Notes under the pieces: model-generated | Databases searched by the model: none | Told to the model about the DNA's origin: nothing | The model's input: only the letters and a program-made list of their open reading frames with translations | Virus record (IMG/VR): IMGVR_UViG_2597490238_000004 | Length of the DNA stretch: 5,624 nt | Reading direction: 5' to 3' (one strand) | From: a virus | Lineage: Duplodnaviria; Heunggongvirae; Uroviricota; Caudoviricetes | Position numbers and translations under genes: made by a program | Shown: piece after piece, positions 1 to 5,624 of the stretch | How positions within the stretch are numbered: position 1 is the stretch's first letter | How the letters are laid out: each line of letters opens with the position of its first letter

Positions 1-63
1 GGGATACTGTATATGTCTGGACTGTAATTGGATGAATTCTATTCAGGGCGGGTCAGGACCAAT

Positions 64-88
64 AAAAAAGCCCGCATCAGCGGGCTTT
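64..88 (-). terminator. GC-rich hairpin with flanking A/T tracts; intrinsic terminator-like, stronger for leftward (minus-strand) transcription
   Basis: Seen in sequence: A-run 64-69, stem 70-75 (gcccgc) pairing with 80-85 (gcgggc), 4-nt loop atca at 76-79, then ttt at 86-88. On the minus strand the hairpin is followed by a 6-U tract; on the plus strand by only 3 U. Confidence 0.45.
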
Positions 89-216
89 AATGTCATAGGG
101 AGTCGCGACTCCGTTGCGTATCCTTTTTTGTCTCCTCACCGTCTGGTCGGTGTCCTGCTGAGACTTATAACTTCCTGTTTTTGTTGGTGTAGTCCTTACA
201 CCGTCCAATCATGATT

Positions 217-243
217 GGCTGGCGGGAGTTGAACCCGAGTCCG
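217..243 (-). other. att-core-like sequence resembling the 3' T-arm/acceptor region of tmRNA (ssrA); putative island/prophage boundary
   Basis: Minus-strand reading GGACTCGGGTTCAACTCCCGCCAGCCA matches my recollection of the E. coli ssrA 3' region (GGACGCGGGTTCAACTCCCGCCAGC, then TCCACCA) at 23 of 24 positions up to CCAGC, then diverges (CAATCA instead of TCCACCA). Flanking sequence on the other side is not ssrA-like, so this is a partial copy, not an intact gene. Identity is from memory, not a search. Confidence 0.4.
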
Positions 244-315
244 TATTTTTATAATTAGCTGAAATAAAACGATTAATACTAACCATTTTATTCTGCGGAT
301 CTTTTGCGGCTCCTT

Positions 316-1215
316 TTATGTCTGGATGTGGTCGTCAACACATCCTCTTTTAAATACAGGCGCTTTTACCTTAGTTGGATCATCTGTTTTAAAGATTTTC
401 AATCGTTCACTGAAGAACATTACCTCAGATCCTTTGTACCGATCTTGAGCACTGTAGTTTATTCCATATACTAATGATGATGTCTTATACATAGCTTGGA
501 TCTCAGGAGTGTTATCGTAAGAAACAATCCAAGGTGTTTTAATATTATTCTGTACGACTTTTGCAACCCTAACATGATCATCATGATCATAATGGTTGAT
601 ATATAAACCTTTACCTTTTATGTAATAAGGTGGATCCAAATATGTTAATGAGTTTTGTGGCAATTGAGTAACTATTTTTTTAATGAAATCAATTGCATCC
701 ATGTTATATAAATCTATTCTGTGACGATTTTCTGATATTTTATGGATTCGAGAAATCAAATCACTCTTATTATAGCGAGCGTCAAGCTTCCATTTCCCTT
801 CTTGATTTTTACCGCCAATTACTCCACCTTTTAATATTCCAGAACGATTTGTTCTATTGAGAAAAAAGGTTGAGAAACCAATTGTTAAAAGATCATGGTC
901 TTTAGGATTATTAATTATATCTTTCTGCCTAAACCATTCATCCATTGTAACTTCTGTTCTTTCAATTAAAGAACATAATTGATCTGCATGATTTAATACA
1001 CTGTGCCAAAAAGCATAAACAGAAATATTAATATCATTAAGGATGATTTTTTCAGCTGCATTTAGATGTAACAGTTTCAATGCTAAACCAGCACCCCCAG
1101 CATATGGTTCGGCATAATGTATAGGCGAAAGATTATTTTCTTCAATAATCCGAAGCATGAAATTTGCAAGCTTGCCTTTACCGCCAGGATAGCGAAGTGG
1201 GGTGTTAAAACGCAT
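316..1215 (-). CDS. Dam-family (D12 class) N6-adenine DNA methyltransferase, 299 aa
   Basis: Translation shows the Dam-family motif set in the Dam order: N-terminal RYPGGKGK (compare Dam LKWAGGK), motif I EPYAGGAG (nt ~1087-1110), LNDINIS (compare Dam ILADINSDL), FFLNRTNRSG (compare Dam LYLNRYGYNG), and catalytic DPPY (residues 194-197, nt 625-636). GAGG sits 7 nt upstream of the ATG at 1213-1215. AT-rich codon usage. Confidence 0.85.
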   Translation of the reverse strand: MRFNTPLRYPGGKGKLANFMLRIIEENNLSPIHYAEPYAGGAGLALKLLHLNAAEKIILNDINISVYAFWHSVLNHADQLCSLIERTEVTMDEWFRQKDIINNPKDHDLLTIGFSTFFLNRTNRSGILKGGVIGGKNQEGKWKLDARYNKSDLISRIHKISENRHRIDLYNMDAIDFIKKIVTQLPQNSLTYLDPPYYIKGKGLYINHYDHDDHVRVAKVVQNNIKTPWIVSYDNTPEIQAMYKTSSLVYGINYSAQDRYKGSEVMFFSERLKIFKTDDPTKVKAPVFKRGCVDDHIQT

Positions 1216-1250
1216 ATGATACCTCTAAATGTCAGATCTAAAGTATATCA

Positions 1251-1289
1251 AAAAAAGGGCTTTATGGCCATCACATAAAACCCTTTTTT
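1251..1289 (-). terminator. Imperfect hairpin in the ATPase-MTase intergenic region; terminator/attenuator-like
   Basis: Seen in sequence: aaaaaaggg (1251-1259) pairs with cccttttttt (1281-1289), with an inner tttat/ataaa pairing (1261-1265 with 1276-1280) and one bulged c. On the minus strand it lies just after the ATPase stop (1296-1298) and is followed by a 6-T run, then the MTase RBS. AT-rich stem, so stability is uncertain. Confidence 0.35.
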
Positions 1290-1295
1290 AATCAA

Positions 1296-3029
1296 TTAGT
1301 TATCTGACAGATATGATGAGATGGTAGCAGAATCGACACCATGTCCACTTATCATAATAACTTTAAGACTCTTTATTAGTTCATTCTTGAAGCTATCCGA
1401 TTGAACAGGATTTTTCTCGACCCAATATCGATATGGGTTATCTTTAACTCTTCCTTTGACTTGGGCCTGAAATTGAGTCGTATGTGCAAAATCTTTAAAC
1501 AGTTTTCTAACTCTCCCTCCATGGTTTTTGTTAACTTTTTTATAATTATCTATAAGGATTTTTAAATCAATCGGAGCGTTACCAATCTTTAGCGTTGCAA
1601 TTATGTCTTTAGCTGTTTTCATAAAAACAGCTTTTGTAAATTTATTTTTATTTTCCCAATATGCATCATCAGGTGGTAAATTATATAAAAACTCAAAAAT
1701 CATTTGGTCTGGAGGTAAGGTGCTTGGAAGCAAACATAAGTTTTTTTCTTTTTTGGCTTTTTTTGCATTAGCACTGTTGTCGTGAACAACATCACCGTCT
1801 AAGACGATCAAGCTTTTAGCTGTAAATTCTGGTATTTTTCTTGCCATTAAGTCAAGCATGGCAGAGCAGCTAATATTTATATTTCCTAATGGATTTAATA
1901 TTTTATTTATTTTTCGATCTGTTATCAATTGTTTGAAAAAGTCGAAACCTTCTTTGTCTTCAAAATATACATTTGCCTTTGGAAGACAAATGTCATCATT
2001 AATTTTTACAGTTTCAACATGTAAATCAGCGTGGATATCTGTCCATGAAAGATTATTCTTTGTTTTAATATCTCCATATGTGTCTGTAAGATATATTGTT
2101 TTAAAGCTATCACTATCTTGTTTTGAACGATTATAGATATCCTCTATTATTAATGGAGAGTGCGAGGTCATGATTATTTGCAGATCGTATTGTTTTGCTG
2201 CTTTAGTTAGAATATTAATTAGCTCTAACTGTGCCGCAGGGAAAAGACCTGCATCGGCTTCATCAATTAACAATATTCCGCCATGATAATCAGAATAAGT
2301 TTCCTTCAATCTTTTAAATGAAAAAATTGCCTGGATTAATTGTCCAACATTATCTTCACCAACAGATACTGATTGGTGATCATAATTGTCACCATGGACA
2401 ACCATTGAATCGATAGTACCTTTTGTTGCTGTTACTGAGCTTCCATTGTTTTTTAGTAAGAGTTGGTTACTCATCATTCTGATTTCATCAGAATTTTCAT
2501 TGATGTACTGAACATCCCGTGTTGAGTAATCAGTCCTTAATGTAATAGGAAGAAGTCGTGCTAAGCTTAAAAAAATAACAGGATGAGTAACGTTTCTACT
2601 TTGGTTTTTTTCCGGTATTGAATCATTTCCCCTGACTACAGGCCTAGATTTATCTCTGTCACTGTAGCTGTATAAACCTAATGTTAGTTTTTCAAGATGT
2701 TTGTTCGATGCACCATCATAGACACTAATTTTGACGTCCATTGAACCAGGAACATCAAATTGTTCTGAAAGCCTAAAATGTTCGCTGAAAGCTGACTTGA
2801 AGCTGCCATTTGTTAATGTTTTATATTGTGTTAAATCAGTCTCAGGGTTTTTGGTAAAGTCCTTTGTAAAGCTAAATATTTGGGCGATAATGCCAAGAAT
2901 TGTGGATTTAGATGTGCCATTTTTACCACAAATAACAGTTAGGCGAGAACCAAACTCGATGTTTATATTTTTCAGTCCGCGAAACTTCACAACATTTATA
3001 TTTTTTAGTTTGGTAATTTGATTTGCCAT
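1296..3029 (-). CDS. ABC-type (OLD-family-like) ATPase with C-terminal TOPRIM-like putative nuclease domain, about 577 aa from the preferred start
   Basis: Walker A GKNGTSKST (nt 2901-2927, verified by back-translation), signature-like SVGEDNVGQ, Walker B ILLIDEAD (nt ~2256-2279), H-loop-like MTSHSP (nt ~2154-2168). C-terminal region has an acidic VYFEDKEGFD motif (E374 of the 594-aa ORF, nt ~1959-1961) and LIVLDGD (DxD, nt ~1791-1799), the spacing and pattern expected of a TOPRIM fold as in OLD/Gabija GajA-type proteins. Preferred start is the ATG at 3027-3029 (MANQITKLKNINVVKFRGL, a typical N-terminus for this ATPase family, GGAG upstream). The ORF track's start at 3080 has no RBS and would translate through a palindrome. 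Confidence 0.8.
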   Translation of the reverse strand: MANQITKLKNINVVKFRGLKNINIEFGSRLTVICGKNGTSKSTILGIIAQIFSFTKDFTKNPETDLTQYKTLTNGSFKSAFSEHFRLSEQFDVPGSMDVKISVYDGASNKHLEKLTLGLYSYSDRDKSRPVVRGNDSIPEKNQSRNVTHPVIFLSLARLLPITLRTDYSTRDVQYINENSDEIRMMSNQLLLKNNGSSVTATKGTIDSMVVHGDNYDHQSVSVGEDNVGQLIQAIFSFKRLKETYSDYHGGILLIDEADAGLFPAAQLELINILTKAAKQYDLQIIMTSHSPLIIEDIYNRSKQDSDSFKTIYLTDTYGDIKTKNNLSWTDIHADLHVETVKINDDICLPKANVYFEDKEGFDFFKQLITDRKINKILNPLGNINISCSAMLDLMARKIPEFTAKSLIVLDGDVVHDNSANAKKAKKEKNLCLLPSTLPPDQMIFEFLYNLPPDDAYWENKNKFTKAVFMKTAKDIIATLKIGNAPIDLKILIDNYKKVNKNHGGRVRKLFKDFAHTTQFQAQVKGRVKDNPYRYWVEKNPVQSDSFKNELIKSLKVIMISGHGVDSATISSYLSDN

Positions 3030-3051
3030 GTTTCTATCTTGCTCCGTAAAA

Positions 3052-3070
3052 TGGCCACAAATTGTGGCCA
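3052..3070. promoter_or_regulatory. Near-perfect palindrome TGGCCACAA-a-TTGTGGCCA between int stop and ATPase start; candidate operator or RNA hairpin
   Basis: Seen in sequence: 9-bp arms 3052-3060 and 3062-3070 are exact reverse complements around a single central base. It sits in the 58-bp gap between the int stop (3088-3090) and the preferred ATPase ATG (3029). Confidence 0.35.
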
Positions 3071-3086
3071 ATAGTTTCATGCTTGG

Positions 3087-3092
3087 ATTATA
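3087..3092 (-). promoter_or_regulatory. Candidate sigma70 -10 hexamer (TATAAT on minus strand) overlapping the int stop codon; possible cargo promoter
   Basis: Minus-strand reading of 3087-3092 is TATAAT, a perfect -10 consensus. The best -35 candidate (TTGAAG) is only 10 nt upstream, so spacing is wrong and no good -35 exists at 16-18 nt. Weak call. Confidence 0.2.
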
Positions 3093-4254
3093 TTGTTATC
3101 TTCTTCAAGCTTGTTTGTCCATCATATTCCTTCAGATATGAGCCATAGTGCCTGAAAAGCATCTCCGGCCCTTTATGCCCCATTTGAGCTGCAAGCCAAA
3201 ACAGGTTTGCTCCCCGGCTGATATGGCGGGTGGCGAATGTATGCCTGGTTTGATATGGATTTCTGTAACGAATACCTGCTTTTCGCAATGTTGGCACCCA
3301 TGCTTTTTTCCTGATTGCATCAGCACTTGCCCAGGGCTTATTGGTCTTTGGATCTTCAAAGACAGTAGCATCCTTCATGAATGTAAATGGCTTCTGATTT
3401 ATCAGCGCCAACATTGCATCTTCTGTCAGTTCAACTTTACGAGTACCGGCTTTTGTCTTTGTTCCTTTGATAACACCGACAACACTTGCGCTCTGGACAT
3501 GGGCAGTTTTTCCAACAAAGTCGATATCACGCCATCGAAGGGCACATAATTCAGAACTACGCAGGCCTGTATGTATAGCGAACCGGAACAGATTCTCCCA
3601 TTGTTTGTTTCCGGCTGCTGTTAGTAATGCATCAACTTCTGCTGGTGATAGCGGATCAACCACGTAGCTGCTTTCTGCTTCTGACTTATCACTTTGGTAG
3701 CGCGAAGCAGTTACCAACGATACGGGGTTAATTTGAAGTACCCCATCGGTTACGGCTTCATCAAGTGCTGACCGCAGGAAAGATAACTGGTTGCGAATTG
3801 TTTTTAAGGTCGTTTTCTGGCTTTGAATCCACGCTTTCAGGATTGCTGGTGTTAATTCACTTGCAGGGCAAATGTGGAGTGAGGCTAACGCACTACGGCA
3901 TTTTTTATAACCACCAATCGTAGAGGGTGAAAGTTTTCTCGTTTCGCAGATTTCAAGGTATTCGTCCAGGTACATTTTTACCGTTTTGCCTGCAGCAGCA
4001 TTACCAAAAATTTTCAAACGAGCAGAACGGGGAAAATATTCCGCATAAATGAATGTTCCCCTTTCGATCTTATTATGAATTTCGCCGAGTGTGCGCTCGG
4101 CGTATTTAATGTTCTTTGGTGTTACTTCCAGATTGGAAAGAGGCTCACGACATTTAACTCCTTTGTAGGTGAAAGTTATATTGATCGTTTCGCCCTGGCG
4201 GTGTTTCCTGATTGTTACGCCGCGCGGTAGTTTGAGCAGTTTTGTCTGGCCCAT
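3088..4254 (-). CDS. int: Tyrosine-recombinase phage integrase, 388 aa, Rac/e14-like with N-terminal arm-binding domain
   Basis: C-terminal catalytic motifs visible: ...RNPYQTRHTFATRHISRGANLFWLAAQMGHKGPEMLFRHYGSYL (R, HxxR and the catalytic Tyr in HYGSY). N-terminus MGQTKLLKLPRGVTIRKHRQGETINITFTYKGVKCREPL resembles the arm-type DNA-binding domain of Rac IntR-like integrases (from memory). GAGG 7 nt upstream of the ATG at 4252-4254. Confidence 0.9.
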   Translation of the reverse strand: MGQTKLLKLPRGVTIRKHRQGETINITFTYKGVKCREPLSNLEVTPKNIKYAERTLGEIHNKIERGTFIYAEYFPRSARLKIFGNAAAGKTVKMYLDEYLEICETRKLSPSTIGGYKKCRSALASLHICPASELTPAILKAWIQSQKTTLKTIRNQLSFLRSALDEAVTDGVLQINPVSLVTASRYQSDKSEAESSYVVDPLSPAEVDALLTAAGNKQWENLFRFAIHTGLRSSELCALRWRDIDFVGKTAHVQSASVVGVIKGTKTKAGTRKVELTEDAMLALINQKPFTFMKDATVFEDPKTNKPWASADAIRKKAWVPTLRKAGIRYRNPYQTRHTFATRHISRGANLFWLAAQMGHKGPEMLFRHYGSYLKEYDGQTSLKKITI

Positions 4255-4421
4255 TTTGCAACCTCACTAAGATCAATCCACCTCTCCTTAACGCCTTCAA
4301 CCTTTAAAACCTGAACACCTTCACGCCAAACACCGCGCTGTACACGTTTGTTTATTGCTTCAGGAGTTTCGCCAGTTTCTTTGCAATAAGTTGAGATTGG
4401 AACGCAATCGAGGTTCAGCAT
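4215..4421 (-). CDS. xis: Excisionase-like small DNA-binding protein, about 68 aa from the ATG start
   Basis: Position immediately upstream of int with its 3' end overlapping the int start, as in lambda xis-int. Size and loose resemblance to Xis-type winged-helix proteins (ETGETPEAINKRVQRGVWREG...KERWIDLSEV). The ORF track starts at a GTG (4431-4433) that lies inside the probable Shine-Dalgarno GTGGAGAA; the ATG at 4419-4421 with GGAG 7 nt upstream is the more likely start. Confidence 0.55.
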   Translation of the reverse strand: MLNLDCVPISTYCKETGETPEAINKRVQRGVWREGVQVLKVEGVKERWIDLSEVAKWARQNCSNYRAA

Positions 4422-4480
4422 ATGTTTCTCCACTTAGCCCGCTGCACACGGGCAGTAATATCAAATTCCAGTCCTGATAA

Positions 4481-4696
4481 TTAATTTTGTTCCCTGGTTG
4501 CTACCTGTTTTATTGGCCTGATGCTGTCCAGTAGCAGACGGCGACGCATGTTTGGTGCACCCCAACGGTAACCAGTCTTTTTGTCGTAGGATTCACAACG
4601 TCCGGCAACCCAGGACGTTTCAGTGGAATGTAATTTCATCCGCTTTTCACCGTCTCGGGTGATAACAATTCCTGTATGAGTTTTTATCACGCTCAT
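4481..4696 (-). CDS. Hypothetical small phage protein, 71 aa
   Basis: ORF co-oriented with its neighbours; its ATG (4694-4696) overlaps the stop of the upstream DUF551-like gene in an ATGA arrangement, suggesting translational coupling. No motif I recognise. Confidence 0.45.
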   Translation of the reverse strand: MSVIKTHTGIVITRDGEKRMKLHSTETSWVAGRCESYDKKTGYRWGAPNMRRRLLLDSIRPIKQVATREQN

Positions 4697-5055
4697 TTCT
4701 TAGTCTCTGGTGCTTTCGGCATTACTGCCCAGTGAGTGATATTGACGTTTTCAAGGTCCCCGACCTGAAATGTCCACTGCCATTCTCCGGTTTCTTTTTG
4801 TTCCCAGGTGTACCAGAGAGAACGCCAGCCAATCAGCCAGCCTTCTCCGTTAGCATCAAATAACAGAACACTTTCATTTGCTGGTGGCAGTTCAGCTGAC
4901 ACTGGTATTATTTTGTTTTCCAGTGCCGCACATTTAGCTTCAAGCGCGTCGAATTTACGTACCAGGTACTCAGCATTTGTTTCGTTCACTTTCAGATCTC
5001 GCGGTACACATTTCCCGCGAAGAAACCCTTCCATTTCGAAAACATTCATGCGCAT
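4693..5055 (-). CDS. DUF551-like prophage protein, 120 aa
   Basis: Trp-rich C-terminal half (GWLIGWRSLWYTWEQKETGEWQWTF...HWAVMP) resembles the DUF551 family common in enterobacterial lambdoid prophages (from memory). GGAG 8 nt upstream of the ATG at 5053-5055. Overlaps the upstream HD gene stop by 10 nt. Confidence 0.6.
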   Translation of the reverse strand: MRMNVFEMEGFLRGKCVPRDLKVNETNAEYLVRKFDALEAKCAALENKIIPVSAELPPANESVLLFDANGEGWLIGWRSLWYTWEQKETGEWQWTFQVGDLENVNITHWAVMPKAPETKK

Positions 5056-5582
5056 TTGCGTAACTCCGATAACTCGTTAAAACGTTCCATAAACATCCCG
5101 TAGGCGTGGCCCGGTGCCAGTGGAATCACGTTGAACATCTCTGTTGCCGGGATGCCTTCCAGTACAGGCCAGAAAGAGCCATCATCAAGCCCGAGATCAC
5201 GGCGTTCGGTTGCCAGCATGATTAGATCGGCATATTTCACAGGCGTACTCATAACCGGGGGCAACTCGTATTTCTCACGGATTACTGCGTCTATTTTTTC
5301 TTCCATCCGTTTATAGTCAGGAAGAAGGCGTTTCAGTGGTGCGGGGATGTCCTGGCAATACGCTTCTGTTGCATCATGCATTAACGCTTCAAAAGCAAAT
5401 TCCTGCGGCACCAGCTGGCTGCAAAGCACCGCATGTTGGGCGACGCTGTAGAAGTGAGAAAGATGACCGGCAAAGCGGCAGATATTTGAAAGGGAAACCG
5501 CGATATCGTTAATCACGATGTCGTCTTTATTTATCTTGTCATAGTAAAAATGCTTCCCGGAAAAAGTTTTAATAAATGACAT
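5046..5582 (-). CDS. HD-domain phosphohydrolase (YfbR-like 5'-deoxynucleotidase family), about 178 aa from the ATG start
   Basis: HD-domain metal-binding motifs visible: ...GHLSHFYSVAQHAVL... (His) and ...ALMHDATEAY... (His-Asp), with a YfbR-like DIPAPLK segment. The ORF track starts at GTG 5607-5609, but the ATG at 5580-5582 is preceded by GGAG at 6 nt spacing (GTGGAGAACAAAATG) and is the more likely start. Confidence 0.75.
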   Translation of the reverse strand: MSFIKTFSGKHFYYDKINKDDIVINDIAVSLSNICRFAGHLSHFYSVAQHAVLCSQLVPQEFAFEALMHDATEAYCQDIPAPLKRLLPDYKRMEEKIDAVIREKYELPPVMSTPVKYADLIMLATERRDLGLDDGSFWPVLEGIPATEMFNVIPLAPGHAYGMFMERFNELSELRKCA

Positions 5583-5624
5583 TTTGTTCTCCACGTATAT
5601 GCGCTGCACCGCGCTGAATTCGGG

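Noticed and set aside
32-214. 60-aa plus-strand ORF in the leftmost region
   Set aside because: No RBS or recognisable motif; it runs through the terminator hairpin and into the ssrA-like core. Most likely a chance ORF in noncoding sequence.
217-243. An intact tRNA or tmRNA gene at the left end
   Set aside because: Only the T-arm/acceptor-like 23 nt are present. There is no 3' CCA end in register, and the upstream sequence has no D-arm or anticodon-arm or tmRNA-body features, so this is a partial att-type copy and not a gene.
1603-3021. Plus-strand ORFs 1603-1785, 1858-2136 and 2731-3021, antisense to the ATPase gene
   Set aside because: They lie entirely inside the long, motif-rich minus-strand ATPase CDS; low-complexity translations typical of antisense frames in AT-rich DNA.
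1264-3070. Shared ATGGCCA motif in both cargo intergenic regions (about 1264-1270 and 3051-3057) as a common operator
   Set aside because: Only 7 nt shared and the contexts differ (one is inside a palindrome, the other inside a hairpin loop). Too short to separate from chance.
3078-3080. ATG at 3080 as the ATPase start (as in the ORF track)
   Set aside because: No Shine-Dalgarno sequence, only 7 nt from the int stop, and it would translate through the 19-bp palindrome. The ATG at 3029 gives a canonical ATPase N-terminus with Walker A about 35 residues in. Not fully excluded.
3132-3667. ORFs 3132-3371 (minus, alternate frame) and 3148-3549, 3467-3667 (plus) overlapping the integrase gene
   Set aside because: Embedded in the integrase CDS, which has clear catalytic motifs; the overlapping frames are Cys/Pro-rich with no recognisable domains and no RBS.
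4436-4453. Small GC hairpin (gcccg/cgggc, 7-nt loop) just upstream of the xis ribosome-binding site
   Set aside because: Only a 5-bp stem with no adjacent U-tract; could modulate xis translation but the evidence is too thin to call a feature.
4808-5316. Plus-strand ORFs 4808-5080 and 5131-5316, antisense to the DUF551 and HD genes
   Set aside because: Antisense to well-supported minus-strand genes; Ser/Arg-rich translations typical of the reverse frame of GC-balanced coding sequence.
1-5624. CRISPR arrays, insertion sequences or transposase genes
   Set aside because: No regularly spaced direct repeats, no terminal inverted repeats flanking an ORF, and no transposase-like translation in any frame.

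Overview
This window looks like the integrase-proximal end of an enterobacterial lambdoid-type prophage or integrative element, with every supported gene on the minus strand. Reading the minus strand 5'->3': an HD-domain phosphohydrolase, a DUF551-like protein, a small hypothetical protein, an excisionase-like protein and a tyrosine integrase form a tightly packed block of roughly 50% GC. Immediately after the integrase stop codon the composition drops to roughly one-third GC (by-eye estimate) across two cargo genes: an ABC/OLD-family-like ATPase with a C-terminal TOPRIM-like domain, and a Dam-family (D12 class) N6-adenine DNA methyltransferase. Beyond them lies a 23-nt stretch resembling the 3' T-arm/acceptor region of tmRNA (ssrA), a plausible att core, and then a GC-rich hairpin terminator. 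The ATPase-nuclease plus methyltransferase pair wedged between int and the att-like site is the main candidate for an undescribed restriction-modification-like or OLD-type anti-phage module. I cannot assign it to a named defence system from sequence alone. No rRNA, intact tRNA, CRISPR array or transposase was found. All domain calls come from motifs read directly in the translations, not from database searches.
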